Below are positions 1-8,727 of a DNA stretch of 64,000 bases, one piece after another. The notes under the pieces were generated by a model. It was not told where the DNA came from. It saw only the letters and a program-made list of their open reading frames with translations, and did no database searches. The stretch comes from a virus (Duplodnaviria; Caudoviricetes), in the IMG/VR virus record IMGVR_UViG_3300005614_001084, positions 108,311 to 172,310 of that record, one strand, 5' to 3'. How positions within the stretch are numbered: the stretch's first letter is position 1; every line of letters starts with the position of its first letter. The position numbers and the translations under genes are program-made.

Positions 1-465
1 CTCGCTCGGGATCTGCGAGCCGAGCAGCGGCGTCAGCGTGCGCACGCGCAGCAGGTAGCTGCGGTACTCGTCGATGATGTTGCCGCGGCCCGCCTTCTCG
101 TCACCCTGCTTCTCCTTCTTGTCGAAGCCGGACTTCAGATCCTCCAGCTCGACAGTGCGAAGCAGCTCGGGCAGCAGATCGCCGACGTGCGCGTACTCCG
201 GCGGGGACTTCCACCCCAGCTTCTTCATCTCCCAGACCTTCACCATCTTGGAGTTGGCGCCGACCGGGCGCTGGTTCTCCGCGATGATGTCGCGCTTCTT
301 CAGGCCCTTCAGCGCCTGCGTGAGCAGGTTGTTGTTCGGTCCGAAGTTGCAGTCGAGCGCGGTCGCCGCCGTCTCGACGATGTTGGCGATCGTGGCGCTC
401 CCCATCTTCTGCACGATGTAGGTAGCGATGAGCTGGGCTTCGGTCAGGTTCTCGATGATCTTCAT
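1..465 (-). CDS. Hypothetical protein, truncated at window edge; N-terminal winged-HTH-like region, RAMP-like strand at the break
   Basis: Open frame from ATG 465 to base 1 (MKIIENLTEAQ...YLLRVRTLTPLLGSQIPSE), GGGAG SD, CTATCAG motif at 505-511; not in ORF track because it has no stop. Confidence 0.7.
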   Translation of the reverse strand, partial: MKIIENLTEAQLIATYIVQKMGSATIANIVETAATALDCNFGPNNNLLTQALKGLKKRDIIAENQRPVGANSKMVKVWEMKKLGWKSPPEYAHVGDLLPELLRTVELEDLKSGFDKKEKQGDEKAGRGNIIDEYRSYLLRVRTLTPLLGSQIPSE

Positions 466-529
466 GTTCGTTTTCTCCCGTTGATGGGCATGGCCCTTCA
501 ACTACTGATAGCTGATCTTAGAACGAGGT

Positions 530-1042
530 TCAGTGGTACAGGACGTTGGTATCCTTTCCGAGAAGAGGAACGATCAACTCCTCGGCATGGTCGTAGATGG
601 ACATCAGGTACGGCTGCATCTCTTCGAGAGAGGAATCCGTCACGATCTCTCGCATCGCTGCGATGACGCCTTCCGTCGTGGGCTTCTCGCTCCAGACCTC
701 CAGACGATCGCAGCAGAGCGCGATGCTCCACGCGAGCACCGCCGCGATGTTCATGGTGGAGAGCGTGACGTCGCCGTTGAAGACGACATGGATGTGCCGC
801 TGCGAACACATCCCGATGTTGATGGGCTGCGGGAGGGCCGGCTGCACGTCGAAGTGGACCTGCGTCGGGCGCTGGAATCTCCACGCCGTGGCGATCCCAA
901 GCATGTCCGTCAGCATGCTGGGCAGCATCAGGTCGTACTCCACGCGCTCGGCGAGAACCGCGATCCTCTCCTGAATGCTGGGCTCCTTCGGCTTCGCAGA
1001 CTTCGTCCGGGCCGCAGGACGCTTCTTCGTCTTGGGCTTCAC
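530..1042 (-). CDS. Hypothetical protein
   Basis: 170-aa ORF, GGAG SD, GTGA overlap with upstream gene. Confidence 0.75.
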   Translation of the reverse strand: MKPKTKKRPAARTKSAKPKEPSIQERIAVLAERVEYDLMLPSMLTDMLGIATAWRFQRPTQVHFDVQPALPQPINIGMCSQRHIHVVFNGDVTLSTMNIAAVLAWSIALCCDRLEVWSEKPTTEGVIAAMREIVTDSSLEEMQPYLMSIYDHAEELIVPLLGKDTNVLYH

Positions 1043-1449
1043 GGCTTGATCTCCGTCTTCTTGATCTGATAGCCACGGTAGGGCTTACCGTTGCTTCCGA
1101 CCATACTAACGGTCTCGATCGAGTTCGCGAGCTGAAGCGACTTCAGACAGCGCGCCACGGTCTCGAAGCTGTGCGGCACACCGTCCTCGATCTCCGAGAT
1201 GCTCATCGGTCGCTTCGCGATCTTGATGAAGGCGAAGACGTTGTTCTTCGCCGTGGCGATGTCCCTCCGACTACGCTTGCGCTTCGGCGCGGCCTTGGCG
1301 ATGAGCCTGCCCACCACTGCGGGGTCGAGTGTGGTCGCGGTCTTGCCGTTGAGCAGATCCTCCAAGACCTGGTTGTACTTCGCGGCCTCCGCCTCGTGGA
1401 ACGCAGCCTTGGCCGCAGCATCCTTCACTCTGTCGATCAGCTTGGTCAT
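1039..1449 (-). CDS. Putative DNA-binding protein with C-terminal winged HTH
   Basis: ATG 1449 with AGGAG SD; RPMSISEIEDGVPHSFETVARCLKSL HTH-like pattern. Confidence 0.65.
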   Translation of the reverse strand: MTKLIDRVKDAAAKAAFHEAEAAKYNQVLEDLLNGKTATTLDPAVVGRLIAKAAPKRKRSRRDIATAKNNVFAFIKIAKRPMSISEIEDGVPHSFETVARCLKSLQLANSIETVSMVGSNGKPYRGYQIKKTEIKP

Positions 1450-1496
1450 ATGTTCTCCTGGACGCATCCTCGTCCAAGATCTTATAGGGCAAAGAG

Positions 1497-1516
1497 AAAG
1501 GGGCCTTTCGGCCCCT
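1497..1516 (-). terminator. Intrinsic terminator
   Basis: AGGGGCC-GAAA-GGCCCCT hairpin then TTCTCTTT. Confidence 0.75.
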
Positions 1517-1519
1517 CGC

Positions 1520-2110
1520 TCATGCGTACTCGGAATCGACATCCGGGTTCCAATAGGTGGCCACCGGGCACACTCCACTTCCGATCCAGCGCGGTCTTCC
1601 GAAGGTTGGCTCGTTGCGCCCATTCAGCAGGCCCAAGCGCCGCGCGCGCTTGATGCCTCGCCTCCAGAACCGCAGGAACATGTACCGCTCGCCCCACTCC
1701 CTGAGAGCACTACCCGGATACCCGACCTCCGTGACCAGCTGGTAGTCGATCACGCACTTCAGGAAGTAGTCAGCCCAGGATTCTCCGCGCACTAGCCATT
1801 TCGCCAGCTCCAGCTCGAAGGGCATGAGCAGGTAGGCTTCACAGATCACTCGGCTGGGCTCGCCAAGAATGCAGTGCACGATCTCGTGCAGCAGTATCTC
1901 CGGCATCGGATCGTAGGCGTAGACCAGCCTGGCTTTGGTGCTGAAGCCGACGTCACCCTGTGGGCCCCAAGTGAAGTCTTCGGGTAACTGCGGCTGGTTC
2001 TGTTCGACGTCCGGGTCTGAGTGGTGCTCGATGCAGAGCTTGATGCCGTAGCTCTTGGCCAACTCCCCCAACTTCTGAAGGATCTTGCCGTAGTACTCGT
2101 CGTTCACCAC
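1520..2110 (-). CDS. Hypothetical protein with HExxH zincin motif
   Basis: LLHEIVH motif. Confidence 0.6.
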   Translation of the reverse strand: MVNDEYYGKILQKLGELAKSYGIKLCIEHHSDPDVEQNQPQLPEDFTWGPQGDVGFSTKARLVYAYDPMPEILLHEIVHCILGEPSRVICEAYLLMPFELELAKWLVRGESWADYFLKCVIDYQLVTEVGYPGSALREWGERYMFLRFWRRGIKRARRLGLLNGRNEPTFGRPRWIGSGVCPVATYWNPDVDSEYA

Positions 2111-3249
2111 TTCTCGGTCTCGTGAATGAGTTTGATCTTGCCGAACCGAGGGACCCCGGCCGGCGTGCGCTGTGCGAAGTACTTCACCGTTGCCTTCTTG
2201 CCGATCAGCTTGTCGGCGTTCTCGAGGATGGCGACGCGTTCCGCCTTCGTCCCCACGACGTCGGCCTTGAACTTCCGCGTGGGATCGATGTCGAGCTGGA
2301 GCCAGGCCACCTTGGCACCACCGCTGGCGTTGCCTTCACCCTCCAAGATCTCCAACACCACGAACTCGGAGTCCTTGAACTCCTTGCGCTTGAGCAGCTT
2401 GTTAGTCCGCTTCTCCTCGTACTCGCCGTCGATCCTGACCATCTGGCCCTCGTAGCCCATGGCGAGCCACTCCTCGTACCAGGTGTCGAGCGCCTTCTCG
2501 GCGAAGATCGGCATGGTGGGGACGATGACGAGCGGCTTGCCCACCTCGTTCACCACGTCATAGATCCGCGAGAACCTAGCGTGGAAGAGGTCGACGCCGT
2601 TCATCGGCGAATCGTACATGTGGTACTGCACGATCTCTGCGGTCTTGGCCAGATGCTCGGGCGAGGGCTTCAGCGTCTTCACGAGAGAAGTGATCTCGTT
2701 GAAGTTGTCCTTCAGCTCGTGGTTGTACAGCTCGCCGTCGAAGCGCAAACCAGGGATGGCTGCGAAGTACGGCGCCAGCGCCTTCTCGATGTGTGGGCAG
2801 CTCACGATGCGGTCACCCTTGCGCGACCACAGTCCCTTGGCGTCGGCGATGCAGCGGATGCCATCGAGCTTCGGCTGCGCGTACACCGGGGGCAGATGCG
2901 GGAACTGGGGCGAGAAGTTGATCTTCGCCTTGTAGTCGGCGTAGTCCTTGGCCAGCATGGGCTGGAACCGGGTGGAGGACTGCGCAGCATCGACGGTCGT
3001 GGAGTAGCCGTCCTTCTTCTTGCGATCGTAGCCGGACTCCACCTCCAGCAGAGCTTGCTGACCCGGGGTCGTTTCGTTGGCTCGGCCGACGTTCTTCGCC
3101 TTCGCGTTCGTCCACTCCGAAACTACGATCGCCCCATCCTTCTGCCCGCTGTGGGTGCGGTAGCGCCCGTTGGTGGTCTCCAGCTCCAGCCACCACACCT
3201 GAATCGCGCCGGTGCTGGTCCTCTTGTAGAGCTTCTCGCAGTGCATCAC
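2104..3249 (-). CDS. lig: ATP-dependent DNA ligase
   Basis: KLDGIR motif I, FDGELY, YEGQMVR, LLKRK, C-terminal OB-fold ending GVPRF. Confidence 0.95.
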   Translation of the reverse strand: MMHCEKLYKRTSTGAIQVWWLELETTNGRYRTHSGQKDGAIVVSEWTNAKAKNVGRANETTPGQQALLEVESGYDRKKKDGYSTTVDAAQSSTRFQPMLAKDYADYKAKINFSPQFPHLPPVYAQPKLDGIRCIADAKGLWSRKGDRIVSCPHIEKALAPYFAAIPGLRFDGELYNHELKDNFNEITSLVKTLKPSPEHLAKTAEIVQYHMYDSPMNGVDLFHARFSRIYDVVNEVGKPLVIVPTMPIFAEKALDTWYEEWLAMGYEGQMVRIDGEYEEKRTNKLLKRKEFKDSEFVVLEILEGEGNASGGAKVAWLQLDIDPTRKFKADVVGTKAERVAILENADKLIGKKATVKYFAQRTPAGVPRFGKIKLIHETEKW

Positions 3250-3452
3250 ATCCCTCCTTCTCGATCAGGGTCTCTGATCGTGCACTTCACCTTGACGGCG
3301 TCCATGTGCAGCTCGACTTCGAGCACCCACAGCTTACCGGCTTGCAAGACGATCGTGTCTCCCTTGACCGGGCGGTCCGGCAGCTCCACCCACATGCCCT
3401 CGGGGTTGCCCTCCCAGTACAACTTCACTCCGGCGAACGTTCGATAGCCCAT
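3246..3452 (-). CDS. Hypothetical protein
   Basis: GGAGG SD, promoter motif upstream. Confidence 0.7.
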   Translation of the reverse strand: MGYRTFAGVKLYWEGNPEGMWVELPDRPVKGDTIVLQAGKLWVLEVELHMDAVKVKCTIRDPDREGGM

Positions 3453-3484
3453 AGATCCTCCAAGATCTTATAGGGCAAAAGAAA

Positions 3485-3513
3485 AGAGGCGGTACCGAAG
3501 TACCGCCCCTTTC
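3485..3513 (-). terminator. Intrinsic terminator
   Basis: GGCGGTAC-TTCG-GTACCGCC hairpin then TCTTTTCTTTT. Confidence 0.8.
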
Positions 3514-3532
3514 CGAATCGAGCAGGAAGAGA

Positions 3533-3781
3533 TCAGGCCGGCGCTTCGCTGGCCTTCTTCGCCGCGGCCTTCTTCGTCGCCTTCTTGGCCGCCTTCGGCT
3601 TCGGCGCCTTCTTGGCCGCCTTCGGCTTCGCCGGGCCCTGGTACTTCGAGAGCGCGTGGTAGCGCGAGACGCCCATCATCAGGAGACGCTCCTTGGCCGC
3701 CTGCTCCGAGATGTCGTGCTTCTTCGCGTAGGCGCCGACGGTCTTCGCGACGTCGTCCTTGGTCAGCTCCTTCTTTCCCAT
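3533..3781 (-). CDS. Small basic DNA-binding protein with histone H1-like PAKK/AAKK tail
   Basis: C-terminal PAKPKAAKKAPKPKAAKKATKKAAAKK; helical head similar to 42433-42612. Confidence 0.8.
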   Translation of the reverse strand: MGKKELTKDDVAKTVGAYAKKHDISEQAAKERLLMMGVSRYHALSKYQGPAKPKAAKKAPKPKAAKKATKKAAAKKASEAPA

Positions 3782-3890
3782 GATCAGAACCTTCTTTCGT
3801 TTGCTTGTCCGGACAGGGGCACCGCGCCCCCGATCTTCTAGCGGGGATCGGTGAGTAGTTACACACCCTGGATCGGGTGTCAAGGACAGA

Positions 3891-4256
3891 TCAGATATCC
3901 ATCCCACCGTCGGTCACCAGCTCGCGAAACACCGCGATGGCGACCTGCTTGGTCGTGAAGTGGCGATACTCTTCGAGCATCTCCTCGTTGTCCGGCGGCA
4001 GTGATGCCACGAACATGGTCTCCAGATCGACCCACACGTCGGCGATACGACCCTCGGCCCAAGCTTCCAGCTCGGACACCGCCGAGACGTACCCGGGCCA
4101 GTCGGAGAACTCGTGCGAGTCCTTGTAGTACTCCGCGCCCATGGGGCCGAAGTGTAGATCGAAGAGGGCGCAGAAGCGGAGGGACTTGGTGCGATCATCC
4201 ATCTCTTCGATGAAGTGCTTCCGTACGGCCTCCTCCGCCTTGTCCTGCCGGTTCAC
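3891..4256 (-). CDS. Hypothetical protein
   Basis: Coupled ORF with GAGGAG SD. Confidence 0.7.
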   Translation of the reverse strand: MNRQDKAEEAVRKHFIEEMDDRTKSLRFCALFDLHFGPMGAEYYKDSHEFSDWPGYVSAVSELEAWAEGRIADVWVDLETMFVASLPPDNEEMLEEYRHFTTKQVAIAVFRELVTDGGMDI

Positions 4257-4465
4257 GGCTCCTCGTCGTTCTCGTCTTCTCCGATCTCGTCTTCCTCGTC
4301 GTCAGAAGAACCCTGGTTGTTCATGTCCTCGTCGTCGGCGAGAGCATCGACGTGGTCGCGGCAGTGCGCCCACAGTTCGGAGAACTCCATCTCCTCGTCG
4401 ACCTCACCGTCGAGAGCCTTGTCGATGTGCTTGAGCAGCTTCTCGCGGAACTTGTTGATCCTCAT
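4253..4465 (-). CDS. Small acidic hypothetical protein
   Basis: Coupled ORF, D/E-rich C-terminus. Confidence 0.7.
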   Translation of the reverse strand: MRINKFREKLLKHIDKALDGEVDEEMEFSELWAHCRDHVDALADDEDMNNQGSSDDEEDEIGEDENDEEP

Positions 4466-4827
4466 TCACCCCTCAGCATAGCCGCAGTAAGTTTGATCAC
4501 CAACTCTTGCGGCGGCAGAGGCAGTGACAGGTCGGGAACCAGGATAGCGAAGCCGGAGATGTCGGCCTCGCCGGTCTTGTACAGGTCGAACGACGCATGC
4601 ACAACCACGAACTCCCGTGGAGGATCTTCGAGGAGCTGCACCGTGGCTCCGGCGAAGACGCGCTGGTAAGGGATGCGCTGGGTCAGCGAGAGGCAGGTCT
4701 CCTGGTCGAGCCTGAGCCGTGGAATGGCGACGAGTCGGTGCCCCCCGTACGCCTTCACCAGCCAGAGCGTGGTCCAGGCCAGCGCGGTGCCGTCACGTAG
4801 GAGTTCGAGCCGGCTCTGCTCGGGCAT
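4462..4827 (-). CDS. Hypothetical protein
   Basis: ATG 4827 chosen by SD. Confidence 0.6.
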   Translation of the reverse strand: MPEQSRLELLRDGTALAWTTLWLVKAYGGHRLVAIPRLRLDQETCLSLTQRIPYQRVFAGATVQLLEDPPREFVVVHASFDLYKTGEADISGFAILVPDLSLPLPPQELVIKLTAAMLRGE

Positions 4828-5200
4828 TCTCTTCCTGCATCTTCGTGATCCAGACACGTAGCGCTCGCGCCTCGGGCACTGTCATGCGATGGCGAAGACT
4901 CGACTCTTGGTCCAGCGCCTCGACTATCTTGGCCGCCACGAGATCACCCAGCGTACCAGACATCTCGATGCGGTTCCGCTCTCCGTCCATCTGACGCACG
5001 GAGATAAGCACGCCCGTGATCTTGCCACCGCTGCGCATGTAAGACATACGCGTACGGATCTTCGTGGCGTTCTCGATGTTGTCCTGCCACGCCATGGCCG
5101 CAGCATCTTCGATGATGTCGACCAGCTCGTGGCCAGGAAACATCACACTCGGGCGATCTTTACCCTTGGCCTTCGTCACCCGATCGTACAGTTCTTTCAC
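4793..5200 (-). CDS. Hypothetical protein
   Basis: Coupled ORF in operon. Confidence 0.7.
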   Translation of the reverse strand: MKELYDRVTKAKGKDRPSVMFPGHELVDIIEDAAAMAWQDNIENATKIRTRMSYMRSGGKITGVLISVRQMDGERNRIEMSGTLGDLVAAKIVEALDQESSLRHRMTVPEARALRVWITKMQEENARAEPARTPT

Positions 5201-5460
5201 TTCTTACCTCTTGGGTCTCTTGCCCAGCCTTTCGGTGGCGGGGGTGGAGGTGGAGGGTCCGGGGCGTTCTGCGGCCGCATGTCCTCCTTCCCGCACCGAG
5301 GACAGCACGCGTCCTGCCCCATCCCCTGCGTCGGCAGGGGTTCGTTGATCGGCCACGGGTACGCTGGCATGTGGAGCATCCTGAATGCCCCACAGCTTCC
5401 GCACTTCAGCTTGAAGAGGAACCGGTAGTCCTGATCCTTCGGGTCCGACACCACTGCCAC
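5197..5460 (-). CDS. Zn-ribbon protein with polyproline tract
   Basis: CGSC...CPRC, PPPPPPP. Confidence 0.65.
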   Translation of the reverse strand: MAVVSDPKDQDYRFLFKLKCGSCGAFRMLHMPAYPWPINEPLPTQGMGQDACCPRCGKEDMRPQNAPDPPPPPPPPKGWARDPRGKK

Positions 5461-5653
5461 CTTTCAGGAGGCCACCTTCGAGGATGTAGGCTTCGAGCCA
5501 GTGCCCAGCCATCTGCTTCGCACGGTCGATGAGCTGAGTGATTTCTCGCTCAGCTTTCTCGGCCAACGTAAAACACGGCGTGCAGATGAGTATCTTGCCG
5601 AAGATCTTTGTTGAGGTCGCGCTCAACTCGTTTCCGCACGACATGCACCGCAT
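5204..5653 (-). CDS. Zn-finger hypothetical protein
   Basis: CMSC...CTPC, AAGGAG SD; C-terminal part overlaps next gene. Confidence 0.6.
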   Translation of the reverse strand: MRCMSCGNELSATSTKIFGKILICTPCFTLAEKAEREITQLIDRAKQMAGHWLEAYILEGGLLKGGSGVGPEGSGLPVPLQAEVRKLWGIQDAPHASVPVADQRTPADAGDGAGRVLSSVREGGHAAAERPGPSTSTPATERLGKRPKR

Positions 5654-6077
5654 CTGTGGTCTCCTTTGCCATCTCTACCACGAGACGCAGCCCAGCGGCG
5701 AGGTAAGGCCAGTTCGCGTAGTGATCCCGCCGAAAGACCGGGCGCTCCTTCGTGCCTACCACCGCATCTCGATCTATGCCGTAATACACCACGAATGCCT
5801 GCGCTCGATCATAGACTTGATGACGCTCTGACTTCTCCTTCGACCCCTTGGGCCCTGTCTTGGGAGGAAGAAGTACGGACTGCTTGATCTCCTCGTACGT
5901 GATGCTCGGCGGAGGCGCGACGTCCGCATGGACGTACGTCAACCACTCCCGAAGACCCCAGGTGTCCGGCAGCTCGTCGAGGATGCGCCACGCCATTCTC
6001 CACGCCTGCCAGTCGAAGGGATCAAACAGATCACCAGTACGAGGGATTGTCGAGGGCCAACTTGATAGCGATCGCAT
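5550..6077 (-). CDS. Hypothetical protein
   Basis: ORF filling operon; start uncertain. Confidence 0.55.
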   Translation of the reverse strand: MRSLSSWPSTIPRTGDLFDPFDWQAWRMAWRILDELPDTWGLREWLTYVHADVAPPPSITYEEIKQSVLLPPKTGPKGSKEKSERHQVYDRAQAFVVYYGIDRDAVVGTKERPVFRRDHYANWPYLAAGLRLVVEMAKETTDAVHVVRKRVERDLNKDLRQDTHLHAVFYVGRES

Positions 6078-6369
6078 GCCACCTCGCCATGATGAAGCCG
6101 GGGTACTCTTCGCCCGCCCAGGCGATCAATCGTCTGATCGCCGTCTCCACATGTTCGTTGTCACAGAAAAGAAGATCGAGATCGGTATACCGAAGCTGCT
6201 CATCCATGTCGCTCCGTGAGGGCAGGAGGAAGCCCAGGGGTTTACCCATGGCCTCCAACCAGCCCTCACGGTCCACGTACAGCTCAGTCCACCTTGCGGT
6301 GTAGTGAGCTACGAGGTGAGCGATCTGGATTGCTTCGGCGTCGAACTCATCCGTATCGACGGACGACAT
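6031..6369 (-). CDS. Hypothetical protein
   Basis: ORF in operon. Confidence 0.6.
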   Translation of the reverse strand: MSSVDTDEFDAEAIQIAHLVAHYTARWTELYVDREGWLEAMGKPLGFLLPSRSDMDEQLRYTDLDLLFCDNEHVETAIRRLIAWAGEEYPGFIMARWHAIAIKLALDNPSYW

Positions 6370-6901
6370 CGTCCACCGACTTCAGAGCCGCGATGCCCAT
6401 GTAGTGCACCGCCTCCGACTTCGACGCCTCCATGCCGGCACGGATGACCGTGGCGGCATCGTTGGCGTAGCCGAGATAGGCGTTGCGCCCCCAGCTCGGA
6501 GGATCGGTGATGAGGTCGGCGACGTTCGACCACTTGTCCGCGATCTTGATGATGCGGCCGGAGTCGTTCATCTGCTTCATGACGTCGGATTGGTGCTTCG
6601 TCTTGGCGACGTAGTCGTCTCCGATGCTCTTCGGCAGTGTGAGCCACCCCACGATGAGAGCGACTTCCGGATCGAAGAACTTCTCGATCTCGGGGATCGT
6701 GACCGCGGTGTCCTCAACAGTGTCGTGCAGCAGGGCGCCGCAAAGCACCACCGGCGCCGTCACACCGAACGACTCCACACGCCGGGCGACGTCCATCACG
6801 TGAGTGACGTAGGGCACGCCCTTGCCTCCGCGCTTCTGATTGGCGTGGGCGGTGGCGGCGAACTTCGCCGCCTCCCACACCGAGTTCCGATCGACGCTCA
6901 T
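6347..6901 (-). CDS. HD-domain small alarmone ((p)ppGpp) hydrolase-like protein (Mesh1/SpoT-HD family)
   Basis: AHANQKR, PYVTH, ALLHDTVEDT, IKIADKWSN motifs. Confidence 0.9.
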   Translation of the reverse strand: MSVDRNSVWEAAKFAATAHANQKRGGKGVPYVTHVMDVARRVESFGVTAPVVLCGALLHDTVEDTAVTIPEIEKFFDPEVALIVGWLTLPKSIGDDYVAKTKHQSDVMKQMNDSGRIIKIADKWSNVADLITDPPSWGRNAYLGYANDAATVIRAGMEASKSEAVHYMGIAALKSVDDVVRRYG

Positions 6902-7347
6902 TCCGCCGCGCTCGTCTTCTGCGGCGCCGCGGCCTCCGCACGAGCCACGGCACGGCCGAGCTGCTTCTCCAGGTTCGCGGTGAGCGCGCCCTTGGCCGAC
7001 TTGATGGCGTTGTTGTGCGCCACCTTCGCCTCGGCCGACGCCTTCTGGAGCGCGATGATGAACTCCGTCACGCGCTCGTCCGGCATGTGGCTGGTCGGGA
7101 TGAACTTCTCGTCCACCTCCCAGCCGATCTTGTAGCTGAACTTCACGCGGTCGACCCCGTTCTTGTGGTCGAAGCCGGCCGAAGCGATCTCGACCAGAAC
7201 GGCGGCCTTACGGCGCGCCTTCTCCTTCACGTGCTCGGGGAGGTTGTCGGGGACCACGGGATCCGGCCCGGTGAAGACGGCGAGCGGCCTCCACTCCAGC
7301 GGCGGACGTTGCAGACGAGTGGCGTTGCTGCGGCTGTTGTTACCCAT
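6898..7347 (-). CDS. Hypothetical protein
   Basis: ORF with ATGA coupling. Confidence 0.7.
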   Translation of the reverse strand: MGNNSRSNATRLQRPPLEWRPLAVFTGPDPVVPDNLPEHVKEKARRKAAVLVEIASAGFDHKNGVDRVKFSYKIGWEVDEKFIPTSHMPDERVTEFIIALQKASAEAKVAHNNAIKSAKGALTANLEKQLGRAVARAEAAAPQKTSAAE

Positions 7348-7373
7348 GTTCTCTCTTTCGGTTCGTTGTTGGA

Positions 7374-7886
7374 TCAGCGCGGAATCTTCGGATAGGTACG
7401 AAGGAAGTGGTCGACGAGGGAGCCGGTCGTGCCCTCTTCCTTGGGGAAGGGCACGACCGGTCTGTTCGGGAACCTCGCCTCTCGCCCCTCGGGCGTAATG
7501 AGCGCATCCTCGGGCCGGTCGATCTTGAAGCTGAAGTGTGCCCGGAAGAACGGCACCTCGATCGCCATGAGGTAGCGGCGGTTCATGTCACGGGCGAGGC
7601 GCTTCGCCGTGAGCCGACGATGGCGAGCGCGCTTCATCGCGACGAGCTGCTGAAGACCAGGAGCCTCCCGGTCCCCGAACCCGGTCAGCAGGCAGTTCTT
7701 CCAGTCGAGGCTCGCCGACCGAGCTTCGTGGGACGCCTTCTGGAGCGCCCGGCGCGCGTTGTCGATCTCGATGCGCTGACGCTCCGACCTTCGATGCTGC
7801 GCCGCCTCCGGTAGAACACCGCGATTCTGACGGCCGGTCTGCCTCATGTAGTCGTTTCTGAGGCGCTTGTATTGATCCCAGTCCAT
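7374..7886 (-). CDS. Basic hypothetical protein
   Basis: GGAGG SD, CTATCAG motif at 7901. Confidence 0.7.
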   Translation of the reverse strand: MDWDQYKRLRNDYMRQTGRQNRGVLPEAAQHRRSERQRIEIDNARRALQKASHEARSASLDWKNCLLTGFGDREAPGLQQLVAMKRARHRRLTAKRLARDMNRRYLMAIEVPFFRAHFSFKIDRPEDALITPEGREARFPNRPVVPFPKEEGTTGSLVDHFLRTYPKIPR

Positions 7887-7913
7887 GGTTCCTCCACGAA
7901 CTGATAGCTGATC

Positions 7914-8681
7914 TCAACGCTTCTTCTTCGACTCTTCTCGGTCTTTCCGTAGCTGCGCCGTGATCTCAGGATACGCGATGTGGGGCGGAGGATTGTGCTT
8001 CCTGTAGTCGGCCTCGGTACCGAGACGATACGTCATGAACTTGCCGTCCCGGACTCCCGTGGCCACGATCCAGCCACCATTCCGCCACCGCGTCACATCG
8101 ATCTTATGCTGACGGAAGTCAGCCAAGGTACAGTGCCCCTTCTCCTCGATGTAGAGAATCAGCTTGATGCTGCTCACCTTCCACGGAGAGATGGTGCTGG
8201 GGCTCTTCACACCCGCTGGTGTCCAGATCACGGTATCGGGCTTCCACGCAGGAGCATCGTAGTACGTCCGAAAGGTCTCGGGGATGCTGCTGAGAAGGTG
8301 ATCGACGCCCGGTCTGTGCTCCACCACCGCCCTACCCGTGGAATAGGACGTACGATCCTTGGAAGCGGAGAAGAGCACGATGTTGAGGCGGCGACACAGC
8401 GACGCAAACTCCTTGGTGGCGAACGGCACCAGCACGGCGTGGAAGTTCGGGCCTGCCTCGCCCCAGTCCTTCGGCATCGCCTGGAACAACACCTCGATGT
8501 TGCAGTGCACCTTCGCCTCTACTCCGATTTGATCTCCGGGACGCGTACCACGCGTCTGCACCCTGTCGGTAGCTACCAGAAGAAGATCGAAGCCAGTCTC
8601 CGGATACACCTCCCAGCCCTGCTCTCTGGCCCGAGCAACGAAGGCTTCGCAGAGCGCAGCTTCACTGTGATACAGCTTCAT
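7914..8681 (-). CDS. PD-(D/E)xK nuclease-like protein
   Basis: E...YPETGFDLLLV...IGVEAK pattern. Confidence 0.65.
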   Translation of the reverse strand: MKLYHSEAALCEAFVARAREQGWEVYPETGFDLLLVATDRVQTRGTRPGDQIGVEAKVHCNIEVLFQAMPKDWGEAGPNFHAVLVPFATKEFASLCRRLNIVLFSASKDRTSYSTGRAVVEHRPGVDHLLSSIPETFRTYYDAPAWKPDTVIWTPAGVKSPSTISPWKVSSIKLILYIEEKGHCTLADFRQHKIDVTRWRNGGWIVATGVRDGKFMTYRLGTEADYRKHNPPPHIAYPEITAQLRKDREESKKKR

Positions 8682-8693
8682 AGATCAAATGAA

Positions 8694-8714
8694 AAGGGCG
8701 GCCGAAGCCGCCCC
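8694..8714 (-). terminator. Intrinsic terminator
   Basis: GGGCGGC-TTCG-GCCGCCC then TTTTCATTT. Confidence 0.8.
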
Positions 8715-8727
8715 ATTCCTCCTTGGT

